Below, one piece after another: positions 37,131 through 51,050 of a DNA stretch of 64,000 bases (positions are counted from its first letter, which is position 1; each line of letters opens with the position of its first letter). A program made the translations under genes and the position numbers. The stretch spans positions 45,386,001-45,450,000 of the forward strand of contig CM052817.1 in assembly GCA_028534125.1 (NCBI GenBank), in the 5' to 3' direction. The DNA comes from Lama glama (taxonomy: Eukaryota). A model generated the notes under the pieces. The model was not told the DNA's origin and did not search any database. It saw only the letters and a program-made list of their open reading frames with translations.

Positions 37131-37989
37131 GTGAGTAGAATCAGTGCTTAAAACTATTCAGGTTCCTTGTTGCTGTTCATGTTTATTTTTGCCCCTTTGC
37201 TCAAGTCTGTCTGAAAAACACTGTTTTGGCATAGATGCCAATGTGGTGATTACTGGAAGGACAAAGTAATCTTTAAATTTTAGTTAACTGTGAACTCAAA
37301 AGACGAAAAAGAAAAATCAAAGAATACCTTTGTGGCAATTCTTCCCAACACTAGATGGCAGGCAAAACTTTATTCTAAATTATTTACACATTACTTAGCA
37401 GAGTCAGTAATGTAACTGAGTAGAGGTGGATTACTGATCTGATGTTTTATTTTAATTATGTTTTAATTTTAACTATTTAAAATTTTATTTCAGGCAAACA
37501 TGTTTGTGGATTTTGTTTTTGAAGGTTAATTTTGGTTTTTAATGTTTATTGTCCTTTTTATTCTAAGACTTTTAAAACCCGGTCTTAGTCTGCAACCTAA
37601 CATAGAAGTATTTCTCTGCCATTTGCCTTATGGAGAACGATCATCTTTTCTCCATTAATTGAAATGTGCTGTTGTTTAGTCCCAGCCTAGTGATTGAATT
37701 ATAGATTAGAATTGAAAAGTAGATAGCTTTCTGGTGCTTTAATAATTTTTGGACATACGAATTCTCAAAACACCTTTGGTTGAAACACTTCTACACAAAA
37801 GGATAAAAACCACATAAAAAGCCAAATAAAAATTATTTTTTGTTTTATTCACACTGGAGCATTTCGTAAATCATGTGGATAATTGAATTGTTGGTAGAGT
37901 CAATGAAAGATGGCTTTTGTAGTACTAACTGATAATCATGTGATGTTGTACTGGAGGCTGTAGAGTGCCACGTCCTCTTCAGATCATTT

Positions 37990-38210
37990 TTTAAAAGACA
38001 GCTTTTATTGAGATATAATTCACATACCATATGACTCATCCATTTAAAATGTACAATTCAGTGCTTTTTAGTATACTGGAGTTTTGCAACATAACCACCA
38101 TTAATTTTAGAATATTTTTTCACCCCAGAAGGAAACCCCATACCCATTAGCAACCATTCCTCAATCCCCTAGTTCTAGGCAATGACCAGTCTACTTTCTG
38201 CATTTAGATC
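37990..38210 (-). mobile_element. L1MB-like 3' end
   Basis: acagcttttattgagatataattcacataccat...; reverse homolog of 52.2-52.5 kb. Confidence 0.75.
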
Positions 38211-38339
38211 ATATTCTTAAAAGAATTATTTTCCAAATTATAATTTATAGCAAACTTGGACATTTTCTACTTATTACGGTGTGACTATTCTAAAGCTAGT
38301 ACTTTTCTTACATAGTAATGTATTGATCTATTTTAGGTT

Positions 38340-38595
38340 TTTTTTTTATTATTCTAATACAGTCAATTACAATGTGTCTTTCTCTGGTGTACAGCACAAT
38401 ATCCCAGTTATGCATATACATACATATATTCATTTTTCCATTAAAGGTTATTACAAGATACTGAAGATAGTTCCCTGTGTTATACAAAAGTAACTTTGAA
38501 AAAAAAAATCTATTTTTATATATAATGGCTAACATTGGTAAATCTCAAACTTCTGAATTTACCCCTTCCACCCACTTTTCCTGGTAACCATAAAT
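38340..38595 (-). mobile_element. Short young L1 3' end
   Basis: Homologous to 59130-59390. Confidence 0.75.
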
Positions 38596-39180
38596 ACGTT
38601 CAGGTTAATACCTTTTTTATTTTGGGGGATCTCAGTACTAGAAGAGATTAATTCCTACATGGCATCTTGTTATTTTAGGGATGAGCTAAAAAAGCTTGTC
38701 TGTTCAACTTTAGAAAATACTCTTTTGGACTGTAATTCATTCTTGAGGCATGGAAGATTAGGAATTTAGTATATATTAAAGAGTGAGCAAAAATACTATA
38801 TGTAAAAATTTGTTTTATTAACTAAGATAATTTTCTCAGTGTCAATGAAAAATAATGAAATCATATGTAATTTGTATAGGTGTTGATCTGATTATACCTA
38901 TGTTAATTTTTGTGCTGGTACTATTTGTAATATTTGGGAACTATTTTAAAATAAGACTTCTTGGCTCAAATCTACATTTTCATTTTCTAAATTCAAAGCT
39001 ACCTTAATAGCCTCTTAGAGTTTTCAGTGAACGAATAAAAGATATATCTATTTATGGAAATATTTAGACTTTTAAATGTGTGTTTTCACATCTTCAGTGT
39101 GATTTTTAAGAAATTATTTTGAGCAGACAATGCCGCTTTATAAGGTTTAATACACTTAATTTGAATTCATCTCTTTTCAG

Positions 39181-39309
39181 ATTCTTTGCAATGATTGCAA
39201 TGGAAGATCTACAGTCCAGTTCCATATATTAGGCATGAAATGTAATATTTGTGAATCCTACAATACTGCTCAGGCTGGAGGATATAGAATTTCACTAGAT
39301 CAGCAATGA
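39181..39309 (+). CDS. RCHY1: RCHY1 exon 9 coding part ([10 protein letters not shown]...[19 protein letters not shown])
   Basis: tttcag acceptor, TGA at 39307-39309. Joined CDS 786 nt = 261 aa. C-terminal zinc ribbon. Confidence 0.96.
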   Translation: MLCNDCNGRSTVQFHILGMKCNICESYNTAQAGGYRISLDQQ

Positions 39310-39830
39310 CCAGCCTACACTACACTGGAAAACTCAGCATTTTCTGATACAGAAAAAGGCTATCTTTAATATCCTGTTGTCATAATGTGTCAGAATCTAT
39401 GCATTAGTGTTGATGTGTTTTGTACTAGTGTCACAGCATAAAATCATATTATAAGACTTAAGAATTCAGGGTCTCTTTATAGGATTATCATAGCTCTATA
39501 TTAATTGAAAGCCTCTGTGCTTGTGTTTTGATTGGGAATTCCTTTGGTGTCAGTTGGTTTGAAGTCAGTGATGTTTGCCACTGAAATTCACATCCATAGA
39601 CATGTATTATACTTCCATGGAACTTTAAGTGGCACTATGCACACAGAATTCGTTTCTAGTTCTTGATAGAACTGTACTTAATTCTCAGTATTATTCTTGA
39701 CTTCTTAAGGGCTGTGCTGTAATGAGAATATGTTCTACCTTACTGTTAAAATCTAATTACATATACTTTAGAATTTTCTAAGGCAGTCCTTTGGAACCTG
39801 TAAATGTGAATTCTGATGTTAATAACTGCT

Positions 39831-39836
39831 AATAAA
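39831..39836 (+). terminator. RCHY1: Candidate RCHY1 polyadenylation signal
   Basis: AATAAA ~520 nt after the stop, followed by GT/T-rich sequence. Confidence 0.6.
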
Positions 39837-40949
39837 ATTATATTGAAACAGTGTTTTATAGAAAAATTTTTCCAAAGTTATCTCTTTTTGGCTCAGTTAG
39901 AGCAATATAGTCTTACAACATGAAAGAAATCCTTTCTTTTGAGGTATTCTTCCATAAGAGTAATTGGGAAAAATGTAAAATAATAGAACTCTTCTAAGCC
40001 TTAAGAAAACCATCAGAATTGAAAATAATTTTGTTTTGGTTGCTCCACATTATTTTTCGAAGAATAGTGTGTTCATTCAGTCAGCAAATATCTAGTGAGC
40101 AACTGTTATGTCCTGGATATAGTTCTGGATGCTTTGGAGGCAACAGTGAACAATATAGACAGAAATACCTGCCCTTGTAGTGTTACATTCTAGTGTTCTT
40201 CATACTTAACTAGCTTTTTCCTTGTTTTTCTTTATGTGTATGGTGGTTGTCTTTGTTGTAAATGAAGTGTGGATTGTTTCTTTCCTAAATGCTTAGAAGT
40301 AGGTATGGATAAATAGAAGTGGCATGGAATGTAACTTTTTGGGGGGACTTGTGATAGAATTAATACACTTCTTAATTCAGAAACATGGTACACGAAAATG
40401 TTTGATGATCCTGTGCTTGTTTTATAATAGTGTCCTAGTATCCAACTTAGCCTGTTTATAAAAAGCGTTAGGTTAGGAAGTAAAATGTATATGGGTCAAT
40501 TGACAAGTATATTTTAAACACCAATTATATTTCTAACTTTGAGCTAGTTAAATCTGTGAATAAGGAAGATAGCCTTATAAGTAGAAACATTTCTGGTACA
40601 TTTATTTCTTTTGTTGAAATCTCTTTACTTGGATACAGGCAGCAGTATTGATTTCCAGCTTTGGGCCCAGGTCTTCTTTATTCTATCCTGCCTTCCTGTC
40701 TTCCGTGTTCTGCTCTGTGTTCTCTCCTTTTGTCCATTTCCTTGGCCTGGGCAGAGCACTAGTGCTGATCTTGGTTTGGGGAAGGAGTGGGATATCTTGC
40801 TAGGTATCAGCAGTCAGTATACAGATAAGGAAAGACTAGTTTTCAAGTTGTATTACTTGTCTGTTATCTCATCCTGCTAAATAATTTAAATCATATTGTT
40901 GCGTTTAACCGTAGAATCATTGAATCTTTGAGTAGGAGTAAGTATATAA

Positions 40950-41170
40950 TAGTAACAGAGCTCTGTTTTGAGCATCTACTGTCTGCCAGGCTTACACATT
41001 AGCATTAATCATAATTCTGTAGGGAGGTGTTATCTTCATTTTATAGATGAGAAAGCTGAGGTCTAGAGGTTAAGTGACATGCTTGAGTAAGTGACAGGTA
41101 CTCATTGTTGGAACTGGGACTCAAAGATTCAGGTGTGTGACCCCAAACCCACTATACCATGCTGCCTTTG
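40950..41170 (-). mobile_element. MIR SINE
   Basis: cattttatagatgagaaagctgagg core. Confidence 0.75.
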
Positions 41171-44100
41171 ACTCCAACTTCCATTTTGCTAAACTACCCT
41201 TGATGGCTAAGTCATATATCCTGGAGGAACTCATGATCTGATAGACCTTCGATTTTTAGATGTCTTCTTTTAATTCAAAATTTGGCTACTTATGCCTTCA
41301 ACTCAGGATCTAAATTTATCCAACATAATGCAGAGTTAGTATGTAATCGCTGTATATGATGTCCAGTCATGTGGTTGAAGCAGCTTTCAGATGCCCTTGA
41401 AGTCTGTAGTACCAAGGATTTCTTCAGGAATTTGTCAATGACGTGTCAATTCAGTGCTTAAAATCCTTCAGCAATTCTCATTCACAGTCAGAAGCTCCTT
41501 AGCATTTAGTATGTAATACCTAAAGTGGAAAAAATCTTATTTTTTTTTTGACATTTTCTGATTCAAAAATATCTTTATTGTAGAAAATAGGAAGAGAAGG
41601 TGAAAAACTCATAATCTCATCTTCCAGACATAACTACTGTTAACATTTTAACAGATAACTTCATTCTTTTCTTTTCCTGTTCATAGAGACTTTGAAAAAG
41701 CTTGCAAGGAATGTTAAACACTTAGTCTGATTTTGCGTACGATGGTATGGTAGAATTGTGTGTCCCTGAAGTAAGTCAGATTACCCTGCCACAGAGTTTT
41801 ATGTGCAGTGTACTTATTTGAAAAACTAGTGACTCAGTATGTGTATGAATTTCTTGATGCACAGAAGCTTGTTGGCTCCTTTTATCTTTAACGGAACGTG
41901 TGTCAAGTTTATTTTTTATCTCATGTAGTTTTCTAGAGTCTTCTTCAGCTCATATTTGAAGAAGTAGTATGTTCATGGTGTCATAGATTTTAAACTGAAT
42001 TTTTTCACTAAAACCTATTTTCATATTGTATACATATTTTAAGAAATTTTTGGTCATGAATCAAAATGGATGTCAGTAGTAAGGAGTCAGCATCACTTAT
42101 AAGTGTTTAATACTTAATCGGTGTTCAGTAGTGAATAAGTCAATTTGAAAATGAATTTATTTGAAATGTGGATGTTCAAAGTCTATGCCATTTCTTTAAA
42201 TAATCATCTCTGCTGTAGTTCTCTTACAGTTTTTGCTTTTGGCATTAGTTCTCTGAATTTATTTTTTACTAGGTGGACTTGTTTCTTACTGTCATCTTAA
42301 TGTGGATTTTTCCCTTGTGCCTGTCCAGTTAACCCTTCGGATTATATGCCTCCTTTGGATTATATGCCACCTTTGGGCAGGTCTGCTTTTTTTGTTTGTT
42401 CTTACACATCCCTTTTTGTTCCTGTAGTAGTTTAGTACCAACCTGGTTATCTTCTGTCTGGTTTCAGTTTTTTTCTCCCCTCATATCCATCCTGCCAGAT
42501 CACTATTCCTAAGATTAAATTTGTTATAATTTTGGTCAAAATAATGTACATGTTTCCTACTGTGTATTTGATTAAGACCAGATTCCTCACATTGAAGACT
42601 TTACAGTGTTTTTCCAATTTTATCTTTCAGTGTTATTTTTCTTTGTTCGTTTACATACGTTTCTTAAACACACCTCCTTTGAATTTTTGGTCTTTGCTTT
42701 TGCACACATGGTTCCGTCATGGAATGATTGTTCTCAGAAAAATGTAGTTGTCAAAGAATAAAGAAGACCTGGGCCCAAAGCTGCCTCTTCTTCCTAGTCC
42801 AGCTCAAAGTTGACCTTTTCCATGAATGCTAATTAACATCCCAAACTCTTTTGTAACCTCTCCCTCTTCTAAACTAGAGCACTTTGAGTCTTAAAAAGAC
42901 CTGACATTTACTTTTATGATTGTTCAATTTTTGCCTTTCCCCTTGTCATCTCCGCATTGTGTATGAAAAAGTATGTAAAGCTTCTCATGGACAAAATTGG
43001 GTGGGGTGAGGATACAACCAAAACCCCTGAAAGCCCTCTAGCAGTTGACTCGTGGAGGCCACACGCTGGCAAGAACTGCAGCGCACGCCTAGGTGGAGGT
43101 AAGCCAGGTGGGCTGTGGCCGCACACTAACCCAGTGGGGTTGGGGGTGAGAAAGAGCCTGTTACGTTTTGAGGGCAGTGATGGAGCTTCTCATCTCTTAA
43201 AATACCTTGTCATAAGAATTTGTTGAATTTCTGGTGAAGTTGAAAAAACAAACAAACAAAAAAAACTTGTTCCCAAGTGTTACTGTATATAAAACTTTGA
43301 TAGAAATGTGTGTGTATTTGTGTACATGTATGTGCAAAAATTCCTTAAGAAGACCCTGAAAAGTGTTTAGTCCTAGAAGATACTGACTGAAATGTGATGG
43401 GGTTATATGTTTCTCAGACTAGAAGACAGGAATCAAGTCATGCTGGAATCTGGTCAATAGGTTCATCTGTCCGTTTGTCCCATTTAACAAACATTTATTT
43501 TGCACCAGTTATGTGCCAGGCACAATATCTAGAGCGGGGCCATTAAAAAAATGAGTGAGACAGTAAATGACCTCAAGTTGTTCCTGGCCTAGGAAAGGTG
43601 GGTGTGTGACTGGTGGTGCTGCGGGGGTGCTTTTGCTGATTTCTAAGAGTCAAGTGGCTCAGTAAGTCCAGCCTTTTAGAAACAGCTTCTCCAGGACAGC
43701 TTTCTGGCTTGGTTCTGCCACGCAGGGAACACAAAAATACGGTCTTTGGGAGGTTTGTAAACCTGTAACTTACGTGTTCTCTATTTTAGAGTAAGTGAAA
43801 CTTAAACTCCTATGAATGTCAACTAACAGGCCCACTCTGATCTGTGATGCGCAGAGTCCCCGGTGTAACGCCTGCCGTTCCGCGATTCATTAAGGATCGT
43901 CCTTGTCCAGATTTTGTTGCCAAGCATCTTCTCTTGTAAACCTCTGATCTGGATCAAAGCGTCAGGCTGGTTGCACTTTGTTTTCCCCTCAGGGGCAAAC
44001 AACATGATATTCAAACGCGTCAAAACTTCCCTTAATCACTTAGGTGCTTTCAATTACTTTGTCCCATTTTCACATTTTGTCCTTTTTGCCATCTTGCATA

Positions 44101-46099
44101 TCCTCTTTTTCTAGAGTCAGAATTCAGAATGAGCTAAATGTGGGAAACATTCCTGTCGCCTCTGTGGAAGCTGTTGTAATTTCAGCCTTTGCTGCTCATC
44201 CTCTTACATAGGTGGGTTTTGTATTGCGAAGTTTAAATAAATTCTAAAGCACTGATGATAGTGCCTGTGCATGACTGGGCTCTCAGTAGACACACTCTTC
44301 CCATTTGCAGCATTCAGTGATCTCCAGTGTGTGCTCCGATTGAACTGTGCCAGTGTGTCCAGTGACTGAAACAGTCTAGCCTTACCATAATTACCTAGGT
44401 TCTGGTTGAGGAGGGTTTGGAAGTCTGCCCAGGGACAAATGGCCTGCAGTGGATTGGGCTTTGCTTTTTCCTCTGCCTGGAAGGCCTCCCTAAACCATGA
44501 GGTTCTCCTAGATCCATACTGGGAATGTGGGTCTGTTCCATTCAGCCTGCATCCCAGCGCTCTCCAACCCCTTGGACATCCTCTTCACCCTGCCCAAGAC
44601 CTGTTAGACTCATTTTTCCTATTGAGGACAGGAACCAGTTCCTCTGTCCTTCATGAGGAACAGTTTTTTTTTCCCTCTCCAGCAAGTGAACCAGACTTCA
44701 GATTTGGAACATCCTGAGTGGCTCTGCTCAGCTGACTGGTTGGTTGGTGGATGAATTGGTCTGGCTGTACAGGCCTCAAACTTCTTAGAGGAGAGTTACT
44801 CTCTGTAAAAGCAGCTGATGGATTTTAGTGAGGTGGTGATGAGAGATTACTTTTGGTGTCCTTGTAATACATTTTGAATTCTAAAAAGAACAAAGTTGTT
44901 CCTAAATTTAGAAGGGAAAAAATCTTTTAAACCTCAGAATAGTTTTATTGTGGATGGGAGAATTGGATTACTTCCTAATTTTTCTGCTTAGCACAGGGCA
45001 GGTAGTTTTCCTGGCAAAAGTTTTAGGTAAGAGCAATGATACCTAATAATAACTCTTCATACATTTAAAGAAGTAACCCCGCTCCCAATTAATAGTCATA
45101 ATTATTTCTTAGGCAGTAGAGCAGAGTGGTGAAGGACATGGGCTCTGGAGACAAATTGCTGGGATTTGCATCCTGGCCCTGCCATTTACTTGCTGTGTCA
45201 CCCTGGGCAACTTACCTAACCATTCTGTGTTTCATGGGTTATTTGTGGAGATTGACTCTACTTATGTAAATGGTTGAGATGCAGATAGCTACATCTGCTG
45301 CATCCTGAGATTCTCTGCTTGGCTCCCTTTTTCCTTTTCTATTTATTACCATTCAGCTACACATACTGATTGGATTTTCATTCTTTACCTTTACTGTCTT
45401 GCTGGAATTAAGCCCCATAAATTTCCTCCCCTCTCTGATTTATGCTTTTACATCTGGGTAAGATGATTGATAGCCTATGGACAAGGATGTTGGAGAATCC
45501 TGCAGAAAAAATAAACCCAGAGTACCTTAAACTTTGTTTCCTGACAGCAGAGGGTGCCACAGTGTTTCTGGTGACAGGAATCTTTTGTGCAGAATGATTT
45601 TTTTTTTCCCTTACCTGGTACTGAAAAGTAAGAGCTTTCCCTGGATACTGACATTGAGGACTTTTATTGTCCATTATATAATAATGACATAAACCAACAT
45701 CAGTGATGCACAGTCTTTGAACAGCTTTAAAATTTAATTAAGTATTTCTATCACTACCATATTTTATATCTGCCTGTTTGTATTCCTTGGGCTAGGTTTG
45801 TAAAGGTAGAGTATTGTCAAGGACAATGTTATCTGCTAATGTTACGTCCTTATACATTTTGGAATGGGCAAGAGGGGAGGGAGGAGGAATGATGAGCATT
45901 AAGGGGTAGAGGCAGCAGTCTGGGAACAGGCAGCACTAGTGCTGGAATGAGGCAAATTTTGGTGTCAAGGGGAATCTGCAAGCTGAGCAGGGGCAGATGG
46001 ATGATAGTTCTAGGCAGAAAAGTGCTGTTTGGCTTGCTGATAATTGGGAACTGATCGGAGCCAGAGAAACAAATGTGCATACCAAGGGGGACCCAAAGT

Positions 46100-46636
46100 A
46101 TAGCAGATGGAGTTTTCTAAGATAGCTGCAACAAGATCTTCCTTCCACATGCCCATCTTCCAGTGTGACATTGACACTCCTTTCATCAGGACATGGGACC
46201 TGCCTTTCTCCCCTTGAATGTGTGCGGCCAGTGACGATGGTTGAAGTGATGTTTTCTAAACTAGGTTATGAAGGTGGTAGACTTGCAACCTGGGATATTA
46301 TGGGGAGACTAGCTCTTGGAACCTCACCACTATGCAATGAGGAAGTCTGGTCACATGGAGAGCGCACAAGTGGATGTTCTGGCTGACAGCCTCAGCTGAC
46401 ATCCGCACCAACGACCAGCATGGATTGCCAGACTTAGGAGTGAGGAGGCCTTCTGATGGTTCTGGTCTCAATCAGTACCACCTTCTGATTGTAACTATGT
46501 GACAGACTGGGTGAGAGCAGCCCAGTTCAACTTAGTCAATCCTAAGAACCATGAGTGATAATAAGAAAATGATTGTTGTTGTTATAATCCACCAAGTTTT
46601 GGGGTGATTTGTTACCCAGCAATAGTAACTGAAATA
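46100..46636 (+). mobile_element. MLT1-type MaLR LTR
   Basis: Typical 3' end ttttggggtgatttgttacccagcaatagtaactgaaata. Confidence 0.75.
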
Positions 46637-47006
46637 AGAAGTTAAGATTAGCCAGAGGGTCTGGGATAAGAGAGTTAAATCAAGGCTGAATTTCCAAAAT
46701 AAAAGCTGAACAGTGTAGAGGAGTTTGAGCATATTTGAAGGATGGAGTTGGATGGGGTAGGTAATAAGGGAGTCTGTCAGGGCTCTGTGATATGGCAGAC
46801 TACTTACTATCTTGTTCTAATAGTAAGCCCAGTTGTAGCCTCATCCACTTTCCTTCTAACTTTTTATCATGGAAAATGTTAGACACACAAAAGTGGAGCA
46901 ACTAAAACAGTGAACCCCATATTCACTGTGCAGTTTCGACATGATCAACTCATGGCCAACTGTTTTTATTTATACCTTTATTTGTTTTCTCCTGTCACAT
47001 TATTTT

Positions 47007-47838
47007 TTTTTAACATTTTTTATTGATTCATAATCATTTTACAGTGTTGTGTCAAATTCCAGTGTTCAGCACAATTTTTCAGTCATTCATGGACATATAC
47101 ACACTCATTGTCACATTTTTTTCTCTGTGATTTATCATANNNNNNNNNNNNNNNNNNNNNNNNNNNNNNNNNNNNNNNNNNNNNNNNNNNNNNNNNNNNN
47201 NNNNNNNNNNNNNNNNNNNNNNNNNNNNNNNNNNNNNNNNNNNNNNNNNNNNNNNNNNNNNNNNNNNNNNNNNNNNNNNNNNNNNNNNNNNNNNNNNNNN
47301 NNNNNNNNNNNNNNNNNNNNNNNNNNNNNNNNNNNNNNNNNNNNNNNNNNNNNNNNNNNNNNNNNNNNNNNNNNNNNNNNNNNNNNNNNNNNNNNNNNNN
47401 NNNNNNNNNNNNNNNNNNNNNNNNNNNNNNNNNNNNNNNNNNNNNNNNNNNNNNNNNNNNNNNNNNNNNNNNNNNNNNNNNNNNNNNNNNNNNNNNNNNN
47501 NNNNNNNNNNNNNNNNNNNNNNNNNNNNNNNNNNNNNNNNNNNNNNNNNNNNNNNNNNNNNNNNNNNNNNNNNNNNNNNNNNNNNNNNNNNNNNNNNNNN
47601 NNNNNNNNNNNNNNNNNNNNNNNNNNNNNNNNNNNNNNNTTAATTCCTCTCTGATCTTTATTATTTCCTTCCTTCTGCTGCTTTTTGGGGCTTTTTGTTC
47701 TTCTTTTTCTAATTGATTTAGGTGGTGGGTTAACTTGTTTATTTGAGATTGTTCTTCTTTTTTGAGGAAGGCCTGTATCGCTATAAACTTCCCTCTTAGC
47801 ACTGCCTTTGCTGTGTCCCATAGGTTTTGAGTGGTTGT
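47007..47838 (-). mobile_element. Young L1 spanning the second assembly gap (47140-47639)
   Basis: 3' UTR lies left of the gap and open ORF2 ([16 protein letters not shown]...[13 protein letters not shown]) lies right of it. Perfect 15-bp TSD CTGTCACATTATTTT at 46992-47006 and 47839-47853. Confidence 0.9.
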
Positions 47839-47924
47839 CTGTCACATTATTTTGAAGCAAGTCTCAGTCATAATATTATTCCTACATATTTCAGTATAGC
47901 TCTAAAAGATAAAGAGTATTTATT

Positions 47925-49722
47925 CATTTATTTATTTTAACATTTTTATTGAGTTATAGTCATTTTACAATGTGTCAAATTCCAGTGTAGAGCACAATTT
48001 TTCAGTTATACATGAACATGCATATGTTCATTGTCACATTCTTTTTCACTATGAGCTACTACAAGATCTTGTATATATTTCCCTGTGCTATATACAATGT
48101 AATCTTGTTTATCTATTCTGCATATGCCTGTCAGTATCTACAAATTTTGAAATCCCAATCCGTCCCTTCCTACCCTCCTCTCCCTTGGCAACCACAAGTT
48201 TGTATTCTATGTCTGAGTCTGTTTCTATTTTGTATTTATGTACTTTTTTTTTTTTTTTTTTTTAGATTCCACATATGAATGATCTCATATGGTATTTTTC
48301 TTTCTCTTTCTGGCTTCACTTAGAATGACATTCTCCAGGGACATCCATGTTGTTGCAAATGGCGTTATGTTGTCATTTTTATGGCTGAATAGTATTCCAT
48401 TTTATAAATATACCACCACTTCTTTATCCAGTCATCTGTTGATGGACATTTAGTCTGTTTCCATGTCTTGACTATTGTGCTGCTATGAACATTGGGGTGG
48501 AGGTGTCTTTTTGAAGTGGGGTTCCTTCTGGCTATATGTCCAGGAGTGGGATTACTGGGTCATATAGTAAGTCTATCCCTAGTCTTTTGAAGAATCTCCA
48601 TACTGTTTTCCACAGTGGCTGCACCAAACTGCATTCCCACCTGCAGTGTAAGAGGATTCCCTTTTCTTCAGAGCCTCTCCAGCATTTGTCATTTGTGGAC
48701 TTTTGAATGATGACCATTCTGACTGGTGTGAGGTGATACCTCATCATAGTTTTGATTTGCATTTCTCTGATAATTAGTGATATTGAGCAGTTTTTCATGT
48801 GCTTATTGATCATTTGTATTTCTTGGAGAATTGCTTGTTTAGGTCTTCTGACCATTTTTGGATTGGGTTGTTTTTTTCTTACTAAGTCGTATGAGCTGCT
48901 TATATGTTCTGGAGATCAAGCCTTTGTCGGTTTCATTTGCAAAAATTTTCTCCCATTCCGTAGGTTGTCGTTTTGTTTTACTTAGTGGTTTCCTTTGCTG
49001 TGCAGAAGCTTGTAAGTTTCATTAGGTCCCATTTGTTTATTCTTGTTTTTATTTCTATTGCTTGGGTAGACTGTCCTGGGAGAACATTTTTGAGATGTAT
49101 GTGAGATAATATTTTACCTATATTTTCTTCTAGGAGGTTTATTGTATCTTGTCTTATGTTTAAGTCTTTGATCCATTTTGAGTTTATTTTTGTGTATGGT
49201 GTAAGAGGGTGTTCTAGCTTCATTGTTTTACATGCTGCTGTCCAGTTTTCCCAACACCATTTGCTGAAGAGACTGTCTTTATTCCATTGTATATTCTTGC
49301 CTCCTGTGTCGAAGATTAGTTGACCAAAAGTTTGTGGGTTCATTTTTGAGCTCTCTATTCTGTTCCATTTGTCCATATATCTGTTTTGTACCAATAGCAT
49401 GCTGTTTTGATTACTGTAGCTCTATAGTATTGTCTGAAGTCTGGGGGAGTTATTCCTCCAGCCTCTTTCTTTTTCTTCAGTAATGCTTTGGCAGTTCTAG
49501 GTCTTTTGTGGTTCCATATAAATTTTATTATGATTTGTCCTAGTTCTGTGAAATATGTCCTGGGTAATTTGATAGGGATTGCATTAAATCTGTAGATTGC
49601 CTTGGACAGTGTGACCATTTTAATAATATTGATTCTTCCAATTCAGGAGCATGGGATATCTTTCCAGTTTTTTAAGTCTTCTTTAATTTCCTTTATCAAT
49701 GGTTTATAGTTTTCCATGTATA
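47925..49722 (-). mobile_element. 5'-truncated L1 (~1.8 kb, ORF2 C-terminal part plus 3' UTR), frameshifted
   Basis: ORF track pieces [29 protein letters not shown] and [18 protein letters not shown]. Confidence 0.93.
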
Positions 49723-50266
49723 AGACTATTTAAAATACATAACCACAGTGCTATTATCACACCTAAAGCCATGAAAAAATGAACAATTATATCTATATCT
49801 CTCTTCCTATATATATCTCCCTATATATATCAACTTTTATGTTTAAATCAGAATCTGAAAAGTATCAATAATACCAGTATTGTCATAAAAATATAATACA
49901 ATCTACATATGGATTTTAAATCCTAATTAAAGAAGTAAAAATAAAATTAACTTTAATATGTTTTATTTAATCTATTTAATCTGTTTTATTTGATCTAGAA
50001 GCTTGGGCAGATTTAAATTTTTCAAGAATACTTGTAGGTTATGTTGTGTTTTCCATTAGAAGACACATAATGCCTGGCAGCCATTGGTGAATATTGTCTT
50101 ATATCTATTACTGTATTAGGGTTGAAGATTATTTATTTATCTTTTATTTATTAGCCTGACATGGCTGTAAGGAGAAAACTCCCCTCATCAGTTTGATAAT
50201 GTAAATAACAATTATGACTTGATATTTTCATTTTGTAAACTATTGCTTTAAAATATATAAAAATAA

Positions 50267-50366
50267 GGGGGAGGGTATAGCTCAGTGATAGAGCACATGC
50301 TTAGCATGCATGAAATCCTGGGTTCAATCCGCAGTACATCCATTAAAAAGAAAAGAAAGGAAAAAA
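50267..50366 (+). mobile_element. tRNA-Ala-derived SINE (Vic-1-like)
   Basis: ggggagggtatagctcagtgatagagcacatgcttagcatgcatgaaatcctgggttcaatcc plus A-rich tail. Confidence 0.88.
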
Positions 50367-51050
50367 TATTTTTTTTAATTGTATAAAAATTGGTAAAAAT
50401 GTCTCCTTGTTTTGTGGTGAGAGTACTATACAGATTATAGTTTTTCTTAAAATAAGATTATTTTTGTTTCATATGAGTGACACATGTTCATGATAGAAAA
50501 TATAGAAAAGTAGAAAGAAGAATAGAGAGAAACAGTGGCCTTGGATTTTATCACCCAAAGACAATCCTGTGAACATTTTAGTCTATTTCTCACAATCTCT
50601 TCTCTAAGCATTAAAAAATATGCTCAATTTTGATCATAGTGTCATGCGTACTTGTATTCTGCACTTTTTCATATAACAGAGCAAACATGCTCATAACAGT
50701 ACAGTCTCTCTGTAAACATCATTTAAATGTCTTGCACAATATTTCAGTTTATAGATGTTAAGCATTTAGAGTGTTGTTGATATGTTTTCATTTGTAAATG
50801 TGCTGTGATGAATAGTGGTGTATTTCACTCTTCTGTGTTTCAGAGACCATCTCAGGAAATGCAATTTATTTCAAAAAGCTATGAAAAGTTAGCATGCAAT
50901 GTAGCATAACAAAATCAAATAAGAATTCCACAATCTGAGAAATATTCAGTCAATCACCAAATATTTGTTGAATTTCTGCTGTGTCTCACTTTGGGTACCG
51001 GGATAAAGTGATAAACAAATAGACATGGTCTCTCCTCTCATGGGGCTAAG

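Noticed and set aside
43084..43112. CTCF-like motifs (cgcctaggtggag, gccaggtgggc)
   Set aside because: Several mismatches to the core consensus. Not supportable by eye.
50267..50342. tRNA-Ala(AGC) gene (also 36510 and 3690)
   Set aside because: A-rich tails, TSDs and diverged stems indicate SINE copies, not tRNA genes.
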